This document shows positions 40,046 to 54,354 of a stretch of 64,000 nucleotides of DNA, in pieces; the first letter of the stretch is position 1, and every line of letters begins with the position of its first letter. The position numbers were made by a program, and so were the translations under genes. The stretch is from the NCBI GenBank assembly GCA_973895155.1, contig OZ316891.1, positions 12,522,771-12,586,770 on the forward strand. The letters are read 5' to 3'. This stretch comes from Marsupella aquatica. Its lineage: Eukaryota > Plantae > Marchantiophyta. Below the pieces are notes generated by a model. The model saw nothing but the letters and a program-made list of their open reading frames with translations. It was not told where the DNA came from and did not search any database.

Positions 40046-43000
40046 ATCTCCCTGAACCTGTTCCCTAAAGGTGCCCCATTGGAGTGTGTTAGACTGCAGC
40101 CTATCATTTTGCCTTCGATCCAGAAGGAACCGAAACAGGGCCGGCAACTTCAATGACAATGCCAGATCTGTAATACTTTTCCTAGTCATCATTATTTCTG
40201 TAGTCCCAAGCCTATCCCAAACCTACTGTAGATATATTCCCTTGGTGGTTACTAGAGACTTTGTGATATAGCATGCTCATCCTAGAACATGTTTGATATT
40301 TTGTCTTGTAGTGATATGTAAATGGATCAAATAAGAGAGTAGAACTAAAATAGGACATGCAAAGAAAAGGATATAGTGACCAATGAAAACTACAGTCAAT
40401 GACCAATGAAAAGTACAGTTAGGTGCTATGACACAAAGACACTACAATGCTAGCCATTAGGGTATCTCAAACCAGCTCATTCCCGGAGGTTTCCTCTGAC
40501 TGAAATGTTAAGGGGTGAGTCATGGACCAAAAATATGTGGTTCCCGCAAAAGGTGACAGCCAGTAACTTGGGCAGTCAGCGCACCGCCATCCACAACGAA
40601 AATTGTTCATGCCCTTCAAGAATTGTCAGCAATCATTCTAAAATTGACGTTGCTCAGTTGACCTGCATGAGCATGTTAAAATCCATCTCAAACCTGAAAC
40701 CCCCGGTGTATTAAGTTGGCCCAAAAGTTGGGTTTTGGTCTCGTGGGTTTCTCATCATAGAATCGGCACATCAAGTGCGACGAAGAAAAGGGTAGTTTTA
40801 TTGGGTTTAAAGGAAAGACTTATAAATTTTTGTGGAAGAACTTTAGGGTCATTTAAATCCAATTTTGAGTCTTGTGAGAGCATTAGGGTCCTTTTATTCA
40901 AATTTTGGAATATTCCAACTTTAATGGGTTTTTTAAATAAATCTTTTTTTCTTGCATTTTAGGGTGTGCAGGGCTTAAAAATGTTGTAGGTGATGGGGGC
41001 CCCTCTATGTATGCTATCCTTCCTTGGGGTTAGCAGTAGGTGTACTGATTAGTTTAGAGGAAAAGGTTTTAAATTAGTGTCATTTTAGTATTAGAAGTTT
41101 GTGTGTATTAGTATTAGAAGTTTGATAGTTTAAAAGTAAATTCTAGACTGAGATTGAAGTGTAATTGGATGAATGAAACTATTAAGGACTTAGCAATAAA
41201 TATTAGTCTTGGTGTGAGACTTAACAAGCCTGCAATAAAAAAGGCAAGTGAAGGACAGACGGGATTCAAAAGAATGACACAAGCCAGAGCTGATACACTG
41301 CTATGCCCCTCACCTCCCTCAGTCCCTCACCATAAATCAATTGCACACTCTACAAACTGACCCAAAATTAAAATCAACCCAAACTTGCTCCAACACCCTA
41401 CTCAAGAAGGTAGCAAAGTTGATGGATCTAGCAGTCTCTGCATTGCTCCAATTCAAATCCAAAAAACCTGATTCAACAATCCCCATGAAGAAAGTGCACA
41501 ACACAGTATAGGAGCAATGACGTGATCACAACTCTCCCTGGATAAACACATGATTGGGGAGAGAAGGTTGGGATTGAGGGAGGGCTAGTCCAAGTGGAAT
41601 TGAATCTAAAAATAAAGACAGGAGACAAGTCACCAAACTAAACAAGAATAGTCAGAACCAAGACAAATGGAAATAACAAGAAAACCTTCGCGAGATCAAA
41701 CCAGCAGCCGACCACCTTGGAGACTGCACCAAATATCCTCCCGATTTCATTGAAATACCAGGAGTTTCAGACAACAAAGTTGCAGATAATCACATTAGAT
41801 AAAGATGAAAGGAGCATACACAAAAATCATTGAGCACACATAGAAAATCAAGTTGCCAAACTTTATAGAGAGTCAGCAACCAGCAATGACACCTATGAGA
41901 TTGTGAGGTAGTTGTGTTCGTTCTGTGAAGGTCAAGGCCGAGGCCAAAGGGACATTATGGAGCTTCAAATGGACCACCATGGTGGACAAAGGGACCACAC
42001 GGCATTTTTGAAATCTCTTCTTTCATTCACGAAGGGATTGACATGAAGGATGGGAGGACAATGGAACGTAGGAGTGCAGGACAAGTGTTGGCAGGGTTGT
42101 CTAGCATAATAGGAGGGCAAGTGGGCCAAAGCAACTACGAATGGTGGGGCCCGAGCATGCAGCGGAGGACAGTCTGAATGTATGCGGGATGCATGGCTTG
42201 GCCCTTTTATCTTACTAGTAAAGCGCGAACAGAAGCTACTGTTCACGCCCTACGGCCTAGAGTGAAGCCTCTAGACCGTAACTAAATTGGGGGGCGTACG
42301 TAAATTGGGGGTGTGGGTGAAAAAGTGAGGGGTGAGTAACTTTGTGCAGAATGGGGAGCGGGGAATAGGTTTGAAACTATCTCAAAGAGGGCGGCGCAGT
42401 GCATCTGGCAACGGGAATGTGTGGGAGCTGCTGGATCTGGCGATGTCATACGGGAATGCGTGGGAGCTGTGTGGATCTGGTGATGGCAGACGGGGAAGCG
42501 TGGGAGCTGTGAGTGAATCAAGGGAAGTTGGATCTGGCGATGGCAAACGGGAAAGGGTGGGAGCTAATTATCGAATGCAAGGGAAGTTTAAAGTTCCCCG
42601 TTTGATTTCTGGAGTTCTCTGTGAATGGACTACTATGTGTTCCCGTGGACATGAGATTTATCGATCGCCAAATCCTTTGCAGGTATATGGTGCTGCACCA
42701 AAAACGTAGCAAGTATATACTTGCTGGCAACCGTGGACATGACATTTATCGACGCCGGATCCTTTGGCTAGCAGCGAGAGTGTCTCCCTTGCAAGCATTG
42801 TGCATTCTTTGGCTAGCAGCGAGCGAGGCAGCGAGAGTCTCTCCCTTGCTCGAATTCCTTTCTTTCAACTACGTACATTAGCTATTGGCAACATTTCTCT
42901 GTCTGCTGTGCGTCACCGCTTTGTAATGGTCAACAATCGGAATCTTCTTTCCAACAAAAAGTGGGAACAAGTTTGAAACTCTTCTGTATCAGGTATTCTT

Positions 43001-43183
43001 CCTAAGAACGCATTTTGCAACTCATTTGAACTGGCCCTTTGTCTCATTGTCTCGGGCAGCTCAGCTAGACAGGCCAGTCTCTCTCCATTTCCATCAGTAG
43101 CTATGCGTAGAGAATAGATTGTAAATATTTTGCCCCTTTCATTTTACTCAGATGAAGAGCGTGCACAGGAGAGAATAGTGTAG

Positions 43184-43213
43184 AGGAGAGGAGAGGAGAG
43201 GAGAGGAGAGGAG
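43184..43213. repeat. (GAGAG)n microsatellite inside the Helitron
   Basis: AGGAG repeated about six times. Confidence 0.9.
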
Positions 43214-45148
43214 CTAAACGATGACACTGCTTTTTCTCTCTCTTCAGCTCTTAGCTGCACAAATGGAAATTGGCGGAATGTGCTTGCTAGGGTTTAGGAT
43301 ACAACATGAATTGAATAGACGACATGAATTGAATATGTTTTTGGTTCTGATGGAGATTTGACACGTCCCTTCCTTTCTTTAATTTCCTCCATGAAGTATG
43401 CCTGAAAGACAATTTCCTACGCCTTCACTAGGTTCAGCATCAGTTGTCGACTTTGCCAGCAGTACTCAGGCTGGGAAAAGGGGCTTATCTCAGGATTTGC
43501 AAAGGTTCAGTATCAGCTGTCGAGTTTGCCAGCAGTACTCAAGCTGGGAAAAGGGGCTTATCTCAGGATTTGCAAAATACGGCTTTCTGCCAGGGCAAAA
43601 TCAAGGGCTCCCTTTGATCCAACACAACGGCTTCAGACTCGGCCCTACTCATGCCTTCCTGGGCATTTATTGAAGGGGAAGAACCCAAGACCAAGTCTGT
43701 GTTGTATTTGGACTGCAGCGGAGTGATTTGCAGCTGATTGAAGACTGAACCATCCAGCCTGCTGATTGAAAACTGACGCATCTAGCCTACCCTCACGTAA
43801 GTGAAATTTTTACGCTGATAGATTGATGTCTATAAATTATTAAATATTGAGGCCAGACCACTAATATTCAGGTTGAAGATTGGGTGCAGCAGAGACTAGA
43901 GAGATGAAGAGCAGAGAAAGAGAGAAAGCCTGAGATTGAAAAGTGTGAAAAACTGCATGCCCTTTCTGAGATTTCAATCGAGTGAAGAGCCAGCTATATT
44001 CCCAAAGCTAGCTGAGAAAGGATACTGTGGTTGTCTCTTATGATGTTTTGTGGAAGTTGCTGCAGGCAGACAGAGCTAAAGTGTTCGTGTGGATCAAGGT
44101 CCAAGCTAAGTGAATTCTGGTAAGCAAACAAACTATTTGAATCTTTCCAAGCAATCTTAATGATTAATATATTATGTACTAAGGTCTAAACAGTATAGAT
44201 TCTAGACTTTCGGCTGATTGTGTTGCCTTTCTTTAGATCCCTTTCTTTAGATCCCTATCCAAATAATTAATATTCTGAAAAGGACCAAATGTTGTAGTGG
44301 AGTTGTCAGGAATAAATTGTTGTTTTTCATTGTTGGAGTTGTCAGGAATAAATTGTTGCTTTTCATTGTTGTTATTGTACACTTTCTTCATTATTTTATG
44401 GCTGATGCACTTGGTTTCTTTTTGTTTTGGTACTCTATTACTAGATGGTGTTGTCTCGGGTATTAATTGTGAGATCTCAGGCTATGGGACGTCGGAGCTG
44501 ATGAACTGATTTGTTGAATGGGAGCAATTTCATCATAATTTCATTACACTTTCCTCATTCATCCAGCATGATGGAGGACCCCGCAGTGCTATCATTCCAG
44601 ATTTGCAGTCATGGGTGCAAGCATCATATTGTCACCAATGTGACACTCCTGTTCTTTTATTTTTAAAGGGGACATACGCCCCGGAACTTTGTTAGTGGGA
44701 CTTTATATGGCCTTGGAGGTAGTTTCAATGCTTATCTTAGCAGTTCCCATTTCCGATACTAAAGATAGTGCTTGACTGGTGTGAGACAAAATTGAGCAAA
44801 CACTATAGAGAGTAGACAAGATGTGATTCCCTGATGTGCTATAACAGATGGAAAGACAAAGATAGTAACATCTATAGGTGATTATTGTAGAGACATTGGC
44901 ATCAGGCTAGGGGTTGTGTCACTAATTATAGAGTAGTCAAGAAGACAATTAGGACAGTAGTTGATGAAGGCCAGGGATAACGTAGTTGAGATCATGCTAG
45001 ACATGATTTTGTATGACATTACATCATGTCATGTATTATTAAACTATTTATGAATAAATCTGAGACATTCTTGATACTTGATACAATTTATTATCGAATG
45101 TGTCGTGTTGTATTTTGTAGATAATTGATGATCAATAGATTTTCAACA

Positions 45149-48100
45149 ATGGCAAACGAAAGGGTCCTTAATGACATTACTAATTTGTCCACCATTGAAC
45201 AAGCTCACTCTTCCACAAGGTATTGCATATGAATATAACTAACACTATCGTTTTCATTCATTCTATTCTATTCTATATAAAAATTAACAATTAAATTTTG
45301 TTTACTTTCTAAAGTAACTTATATCTAATTGAATGTTCATTTTATGTTTAGGTTTGCTGATTATACCCTTATTAGAGATGGAAGGCAACATAGTCTCATC
45401 AATGAACCGAGACAAGAAGGAAGTGTTCCGATCGCAAGAGTAGATCTCTCATATGAAATTGAGGAGCCCTACGAGTTTGAAGGACCAACACGAGTATCGT
45501 TGAGACCTGGTGATACTATTGATACAGTCAGAAGAGCCAATAGAGCAAAATACATGCGAGAATGGCGTGCACGACAAAAAGCTAAAAATATACATGTACA
45601 GGTGGACGAAGGAGTTAGTGAGCCGAATAGAGCAGCCAAGCGGGCTAAACAACAACAGGAGCGACGAGCAATTAAAAAAGTAATAGCAAACACTGCAGTT
45701 GTTCTAGAGGATGCACGAGTGCTTCATATCAGGTATTTAATTTTGTTTATAAATTTAATGCATTTTTGCATGGGTTATAATATTTGATGTACAAACAATA
45801 TTGGTTGTTAATATATATTTGTTATCAAAATGTATTTTATAGGGAGTTGCCAGTTGGTGAAGATGTACAACCACTTTCCATGTAAGTTTCTTTTGTTACA
45901 AATTTAATAATTCACGTCTAGAAAAGACTTGCTCTTTGATCCTCATGTTTAGGAAGTCAAGTGGTCTAAGGAATTTTATATCACTAACGCAAATTTATAT
46001 TGATGTATATAGGGACCCATTTATTGGTGACAATGTTCCAGGACCTCCACACCCTATTTCAAATCAATGTTTAACATTGGTTGCAAATGATCCATCTCCG
46101 ACGTAAGTTTCTTTATATTATAATTTTTTATATTTTTATAATATAATTATTTTTTGGACATGACTATAATTGATATTTTAAAAACAATTGTGAATGATTG
46201 ATATTTACAGATTACCCATGCCACTCATTCGAAGAACCCTTCGAGATGAACAAATGTTTGCTAGAGCAGAGGGACAAAGAAATAGACGTGCAATGAGGAC
46301 TGACCAACCTCAAAATATTGCTGAAGAAATAGTCCCCCGTGTGATACAACATGGGTCTACCTCTAGGTATGAATTAAATTCATTATTTTCATATTAATTG
46401 TGAGTAAATTTTTTAGTTTTGAATTGAAAATAATAGTTTATGTTATTTTTGTTCATTATAGGGGACCGTTTCCAGATGAAGATATCATAGTGCCTTCACA
46501 AATCGAGATCAACCCACCACCTCGACGCACAAGTTGTATTGCACGCCTCCCAACTATGTATGTTAATATTTGTTGAATTTTAGTGGATAGATTAAACTTA
46601 TAGCCTTATTGTTTGACTTTTAATTATATTATTTAGTTTTTTATTTTGTTAAATTATTTGTTGTTAGAGGATTGATTGAGTTTTTGAGTTGGTTTTTTAA
46701 TTAGGAATATGATTTAACTAACACTAGCTATTCATTTTTTCAGCAACATAGCATGTCGTCGCATATTTGATCAACAACATGTGTTTCACTTGAAGCTACA
46801 AGGTCAAATCAATCAAGAGAGTGGTCATCATTACCTTGGGCGGATGAATGTGGTATGCCCATCCTGTAAGGCATTGCATTGGAGGGGGAGAAAGTAAGTT
46901 CTACAAAATTCAAAGACTCTCCATTTGGCAAGTGTTGTAATCATGGTAGGGTGGATTTACCACCATTGCGATCTCTTCCTCCATTCTTGGCATCATTGGT
47001 CTCAGGTGAGGGACCAACCAGTAAAAGGTTTTTGAGTCACATTCGAGCTTATAACTCTGCACTTCAACTTGCATCCATCGGTGCTAACATGTCTGGAGAA
47101 GTACATGGCGGCATAAAACATCTTCGCATTCAAGGTGGGATCTATCATTCTATTGGTCCTCTATATCTTGAGGTAGGACAACCCCCAAAATTTGCTCAAC
47201 TTTATATTTATGACACTGAGCACGAAATAGAGAATAGAGAAAGGGTTGTTACTGATGGTATTGAGATTGAGACCTTGAGAGGATTACAGAATCTTATGCG
47301 TGAGCATAATGCATATGTGAGATCATTTCAAGCTATAGCATGTGAGGTTGGTAGTCAAAATGTGCGCATAGTACTAAAAGCTAGCGAGAAAGGTCTTGAT
47401 GCTAGACATTATAACTTGCCGGTAGCATCGGAGGTCGCAGCCATTATTCCTGAAGATGGAAGTGAGGAAGTTGGTCCACTTGATATAATTATATACTTGC
47501 ATGGAGGAGGAGTTCGTCGTATATCTGATCTCAATCAGGCATATATTCCTTTGCATTTTGTTCTACTATTTCCATACGATGAGGCAGGATGACATATAGG
47601 CATTCAAAAACGTAATTCTTCTATAGTAGAAGAGAATGTTGCTATGGAAAGTGAAGAGGGTGTGGTGGAGGATATTATTCATGGGAGAGCCTACAACGAC
47701 ATGATGGATAATGATACACATGCAGATACAGGGACAAGGAATGTAACCCCTTTGGAGTTTGCTTCAGTTAGACTTCATACAAGGGAGGATAATCCTACAA
47801 TGTGCATGGATGGTAGTAGGTTGACACGTTTTGATCGACTTTATCAAGAGTACATGGTGGATGTTTATGCCACTATTGAGAGCCAGAGGTTGACCTACAT
47901 ACGTACCCATCAACCTCAATTGAGGGCGCATCTATATCAAGGGGTTCAAGATATAGTGACGAGGCATGATCATGATGCAGCAGACATTGGAAGACACATC
48001 ATCTTACCTTCAAGCTTCATAGGGGGTCCACGCCATATGCACCAGTTATTTCAGGATGCCATGGCTATTGTTAGATATTTTGGCAAGCCTGATTTTTTCT

Positions 48101-51100
48101 TGACAATGACATGCAATCCTGCGTGGAAGGAGATCACAAACGAATTATTATGTAGCAATCAAAAAGCGGCTAATCGTTCTGACTTGATTGCTTGAGTGTT
48201 TGAACAGAAGAAGAAGGCATTGTTAGATCTGCTAAAAATCAGAAGATTTTGGGTAAGTGTGTGGCAAAGATACATACTATAGAATTCCAAAAAAGAGGTT
48301 TGCCGCACATTCATCTTTTGATGTGCATGGGTTATGAAGACAAACCACAAAATGCTACCCATATTGATGATGTTATTTCTGCGAAGATACCGGATCATAT
48401 TTTACATCCAAATCTTTATCAAATTGTTGTTACTTGCATGATGCACGGACCATGTGGTGTTCAAATGCGAAATGCTCCATGCATGAAAAATGGAGTGTGT
48501 TCAAAAGGTTTTTCCAAGCCTTTTGCGACCCACACCACATTAAGCGAGGATGGGTACCTTACATATCGCAGGTGTGACATTGATTTCAATTACTTTTATA
48601 TCATGTTTTAATTAATATCTTTATATTATTTTTCAATTGTGTACATAATTCTTATATTTACTTTTCTACCTTAAATATTGCAGACGAGATGATGGTCGTA
48701 CGGTGAAGAAGAAAAATTGTTTTTTGGATAATCGTTGGGTGGTGTCATACAATAGATTATTGTGCACACTTTTTGATTGCCATATAAATCTAGAAGTTAC
48801 CAATGGCATTGCGACTGTGAAGTACATTTACAAATATGTATATAAGGGATCCGATGCAGTTTTGGTCCGATTGTCACGAATTGGTGGCACACTTGGGATG
48901 GAGGCAGAAGTAGATGAGGTCTCGGAATATCGAGATGCACGGTAATTATTTTATTATATGTTTTTATTTTATATTAGTTTGTTAATTTTAAGTGTTGCAA
49001 TAATTTAAAGTTTATTAGAAGTTTTTTACAATTGTTATTTGGTTCTATTTGATGATTTTCCAAATCTTACTAATGTTTTTTATGTACAGATATATCTCAT
49101 CTGTTGAAGCATGTTGGCGCATTTTCAAGTTTCGATTGCATTCAGAAGAGCCAAGTATTGTTTGATTATCTGTTCATCTTGAGAATGAGCAAAGTATTGT
49201 TTTTAGTGAGAATGTTACAACTAAGGAGATTTTGCAACGGAGGGTGGCAACCACATTGACAGAATGGGTTGCAATGAATGTTAGTGATCCAAGGGCACGA
49301 CAACATAAATACCATGAGTTTCCACTTCATTACAGTTGGAACAAAAACCAAAAGAAATGGATTGTTCGTAAGAAAAAGATAAAAGGCTGTGGATATCCTA
49401 TTGGTCGGTTATATTTGACTCATCCAGGTATGATTGCATCTTGACTTAACACTCAAAGAATTGAATTCATTGTTATTTATTTTAAAACTTTATTATGCTT
49501 TAATACAATTTTATTGTGCAGATGAATGAGAACGTCATTGGATGCGATTACTTCTTCATCATATTAAAGGGGCTATGGGATATGATAGCTTAAAAACAAT
49601 TGATGGCATGGTCATGCCCACTTTTAAGGAGGCAGCAATTAAGTTGGGGCTCTTGGAAGATGATACAGAGGTTATTGATTGTTTGAGAGAATGTTCAAAG
49701 ATTATGACTGGGCGTGCAGTCCGTCCACTTTTTGCCATCATTCTTCTCTACAACACACCTGCACGCCCTAAAGAGTTATGGGATCAATTTGTAACATCAA
49801 TGACCGAAGATCTATTGTATTTGAGACGTCAGGTATTCTTTTTTACACAAATCAAGTTTTTTCCTTACATGACATGTATATTCTAATATTATATTTATTT
49901 CACAAACTAACATTGGTCAACTACATTGTACATGTAGGAATTTAGAATATCCAATCTTCCTCAACATACTGTACTCAATGATGTATTGTTGGAAATTGAC
50001 CATTATTTACAAGATCACAACAAAAGGCTTTCTCATTTTTCTGACATGTATCAAGCAAATTTTATTTGCAATGAAGAGACTCATTCTCATTTGGAGTTAG
50101 AGGAGCTCTCATATGATCGTGTTGCACTACGTGCATGTGCATTGGAAGGAGAAGCCAAGTTAAATGATGGACAAAATTTAATTTGGCAACAAGTGAATGA
50201 TGTTTGTGAGATCATATTGCAAGGTGAATCTCCTCGGGTAAGTATATACATTGATTTTAATGTATTTTGGCATGATAATGATATTTTCTATTTTCACACT
50301 ATCAATGCTTCTCATGTCTAACTCATAGCTTTTAATTCATCTAGGAGCATCTATTCTTTATTGATGGACCAGGTGGAACTGGAAAGACATTTTTGTATAA
50401 CTAGCAAGGGTTAGATGTGAGGGGCATATCGCTCTTGCCGTGGCATCATCGGGGATTGCAGCCTTATTATTACAGGGAGGTCGCACGGCACATTCACGTT
50501 TCAAGATTCCACTCATTGTTCACGAAAGCTCTACTTGCAAGTAAGAAGCTGAAATTGTGTTCATAGTGAGATTGAGTTTATGAAAAATACTATTATGTGG
50601 AATTTCGAGCTATTGGTTTGGAGGATAATATATGAATTCTATTTTTTCCTGATTACTTTTGTGATGATTGTGTGCAGCATAGTAATGGAAAGTGAAGTTG
50701 CACGCTTGATCCGATCCGCATTATTGATCATATGGGATGAAGCACCCATGACTCATAGACATGCTTTTGAGGCTGTTAGTCGGACACTTCAAGATATCAT
50801 GAAGTGCAATTTGCCATTTGGGGGAAAATTAATGATCTTTGGTGGTGATTTTTGCCAAGTGCTTCCTGTTGTTCGACATGGAGATCAAGCAGCCATCATT
50901 CGAGCCACCTTCAAAAGATCTTCTATATGGTCAAAGATAAAAGTGATGAGGCTAAGTGAGAACATGAGAGTCAAAACACTAGAAGGTATGTTTTACTATC
51001 AATCATTGTTTCAAATGTATATTAAATTATACTTAGTGTGTTATAATTATAATCCTTCTAGAATTATATTTTCACTTAGTTTTTGAAATGTTAATTTATT

Positions 51101-52159
51101 TTAGCACTAATAACTTCTCAATGTTGGAATAAGGAAAATTATACTAAAGTATGTATAATTTGCTTCAAAACTTTTGACAACTTTCTTGAATTTTCTTATA
51201 TATATAGGACAAGAGGCGCTTGAGCAACAAGGCTTTAGCGATTGGTTACTAGCAATTGGAGAGGGGACTTTGCCAACAGAGCCTGATTTGGGCGATGATG
51301 TCATTTGTTTACCGCATGACTTGATAATGCCAACTGATCATCTTAGTGACCTTATTGTTGAGATCTATGGCTTAGATCCAATGAACTTCAACAATGTTAA
51401 CTTTCTAAAAGATAGAGCTATCTTGACCACCACAAACAACGATGTGGATAAGGTCAATGAGGAGGTGATGTGTGGCTTTCCTAGAGAGGTAAATTCCTTA
51501 CCACTAGCAACATTAAGAACTTTAAATGTTGTATTTCAAGGGAAGTTCTTTCAATGAAAGTTAGTAACTTTTTTACCATTTTTATTCATGAGTTTTTGCA
51601 GGAACATGAGTTTTTGAGTGCAGATTCAATTCCCAATGAAGCAAGTGCTTTCATGTATCCCACAGAGTTCCTCAATACATTGTTGCCATCGGGGTTACCT
51701 CCACACAAGTTGACCCTTAAGATTGATGCACCCATCATGCTTTTGAGAAACATGAATGGGTCAAAAGGACAAGCCCATGGCAATCGCTTGATAGTTCGTG
51801 GTTTTGGGCGTCATGTCATAGATGCAGAAATTATCATAGGGAAGAACATCGGAGATCGTGTATTTATTCCACGCATTCCTCTTATTGCATCTGACTCAGG
51901 GTTACCATTCGATCTTCGACGATTTCAGTTTCCTATCCGTGCTGCCTTTGGTATGACCATCAATAAGTCTCAAGGTCAAACCTTGGCAAAGATTGGGATA
52001 TTTCTACCAAACCCAGTTTTCTCGCATGGTCAATTATATGTGGCATTGTCTAGGGTTGGTGCTCGGAGTGGCATTCGCATTATGATATCAAGGAATGCAT
52101 ATCCTAATAAGCATGACCTTTACACAAGGAATGTTGTATACCGTGAGATTTTGAGATGA
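45149..52159 (+). pseudogene. Helitron RepHel transposase (HUH Y2 Rep + PIF1 helicase), inactivated
   Basis: CCNHG, IRAYNSAL, PKFAQLYIYD, LPSSFIGGPRHM, PDFFLTMTCNP, HUH motif IEFQKRGLPHIHLL, YIYKYVYKG, Walker A DGPGGTGKT, IWDEAPM, FGGDFCQVLPV, MTINKSQGQT, FSHGQLYVALSR. In-frame TGA stops near 47590, 48193, 49163 and 49527, plus frameshifts. Confidence 0.92.
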
Positions 52160-53644
52160 TTGCATGATGTTGGGAGGGTGCCTATTCATTCATCTCTTGC
52201 TTACACTAGCATGAGCCCATGCATTGACAAAACAACTTCTCTACTCCGAGCTTCAATAAGCAATTCTTTTGACATTTAACAGGTAAATATTCCTTCTTCA
52301 TTCATTTCAATTCAATGCTAACTTGACCCTAGATCTTTCAATGGCATGGACCTTCTTAGTACTTGGAATCCTTTGAAGAGCTTTATATTGCTTACTCCAC
52401 TCTCTCTACATTCCTCATTCTAGATGGGACGTATTGCATTTGATTTCCTCTTATCAATGACCTTCCTTTTGGCTTATCCTATGGGTGTTTGCAGTGGTTA
52501 ATTTTGGTTGCTTGGCCGGTTCTACGCTCCAAGCAAATGGTGCACTTTGTGATATTCAAGCAATATATGTGTACTCTACAATGGACTACTTCATGGAGAC
52601 TATCATATGGTATTATTGTTGTATGTCATATTGACATCTACAAGCCATATAACATACCTTTTGTTCAAATTTTCACCATTTGAATAAAATTTAGGGTTTT
52701 CCCCCACTTGAACCATTTTGCCATCAAGTTAGTTTTGTCTGGCAAAATTTCTCAAGTGGGGTTTCCCTAAGTTGTCTTTTGTCTTTTCATACACTACTCT
52801 TATTACTTTCCTGAGTCTTTTTTGTCTTTGGCACTTTTTAGTGTTTGGCACTTTTTTGTCCTCACCTTTATTGACGTTCAAAGAACGGGTAGTCGGAGCT
52901 AGTACTTGTAGTTATGGTTCAATGGAGTAGCTAGGAGTAATTCTAGTAATCATTAATAATGTTGTAGTTGCTTGAGATCAATAGTATAAAAGAATTAAAG
53001 ATATTTGGAATTATGCCAATATGGCAATATTTGGAGTTACACTAATAATGTTGTGGAGGCGGTGTCAGAGTGAAGTACTAACATCTGATAGGGTGTCTCA
53101 AACTACTATTCACTCAACCATTTCTTGTGACTGGAATGCTGTGGGCTGGGTCGTAGAGGAAGAATCTGTTGTTCCCGTGACCGTCAGCATACTGGTGCCC
53201 ACATCAGAAATCATGACGCACAAATGTGTCGTCGCCCTTCAAGAATTCTCGGCACCCACTTAAACATTAATGATGTTGAGATGACCCACGGGTTTGTGTT
53301 GTAACCTGTCTCAAACCAAAAACCCCTGGATTAAGTTAATCCAAAAACTCAGGGTCATCAATGAAAAATTTCTGCAACTACTGACTAAAAAAATTGGAAA
53401 GTAGTGTATTGGTTTGACACCCCTAGTATAGGGGGTACTTGCTAGTAATCACACGTCAAAATGAAAATGTAATAATATAGGATGTGTATTGACTTATTTA
53501 AAGAAAATAATGAGGTTTATCATGGTATGGAGTGATGTCCTACACAATACTTGACCTGGTGTATTTCACATTACTGACCTTTAGTTTGTGTTAGTACCAT
53601 TTTACAGTTTATAATACACTGCCAAAGGGCAAAATATGATAGAT

Positions 53645-53915
53645 GGGGAGACATGATCCCAATGCCAAAGAGCCCAATGAAGAAATGGGGGGGGGGGGGG
53701 GGGGGGCAGGGACGCCATGATCCCAATGGCAAAGCAGCCAAACTAAGGGAGGGGGGGGGGGGGGAGGGAAGGGAAGGGAGGGGAAACATGATCCAAATGG
53801 CAAAGCAGCCCAATGAAGTGGGGTAGGGGGGAAGGGAGACATGATCCCTACGGCCAAGCAGGCAAATGAATTGGGGGGGAGGGGCCATGATCCCAATGGA
53901 AAAGCAGGAGCCCAC
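53645..53915 (+). repeat. G-rich tandem array (CATGATCC..GGCAAAGCAGCC units separated by poly-G)
   Basis: Five CATGATCC-anchored units with long G tracts, one of about 20 G. Confidence 0.85.
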
Positions 53916-54276
53916 TGAAGGGAGGGTGGAAAGGGCAGTCGTGTGACAACTGAAGGGGGGGGTGTGGAGTGTGAGACAAATGGCGGGACAATTTCAAGCA
54001 CAGTTTGAAAGTGCAGGTTGCCGGTGAGCAATTGCCTTCCCGGTAATAGAGCTTTCTACAAATCATGACTCTCCCCAAACGCTGACTGGGCCTCCCCCTC
54101 CTCCCAACCTCTGGTAGTAGTCTTTGAGGGAGTGGGCGTGCACGAGTCATTGAGCAGAGGCCGAAACCAAATCTTTGGCCCGATCCGTCCCACCTCTCCC
54201 AGTGAACGTCAATGCCGCTCTTTGCAGAATATCGCCTCTCCGACTGCTTCTGTTGGTGAAGCCGCTCTGGGGGTGA

Positions 54277-54354
54277 CTTTCGGAGTGGCCATTTCAAGCA
54301 GGACTTTTGGAGTGGCCATTTCAAGCAGGAATTTCGGAGTGGGCATTTCAAGCA
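54277..54354. repeat. 27-bp tandem repeat x3 upstream of DONSON
   Basis: TTT.GGAGTGG.CATTTCAAGCAG x3. Confidence 0.9.

Larger units (their letters stand above)
42210..53445 (+). mobile_element. Full-length Helitron (~11.2 kb), inserted at A^T
   Basis: 5' end A|TCTTACTAGTAAAG at 42210. 3' end has hairpin CCCCTA-GTA-TAGGGG (53420-53434) followed by CTAG|T at 53442-53446. No TSD. Encloses the RepHel gene. The 5' boundary is less certain than the 3'. Confidence 0.8.

Noticed and set aside
41300-41950. A-rich stretch resembling decayed LINE ORF1
   Set aside because: No diagnostic motif was recognisable.
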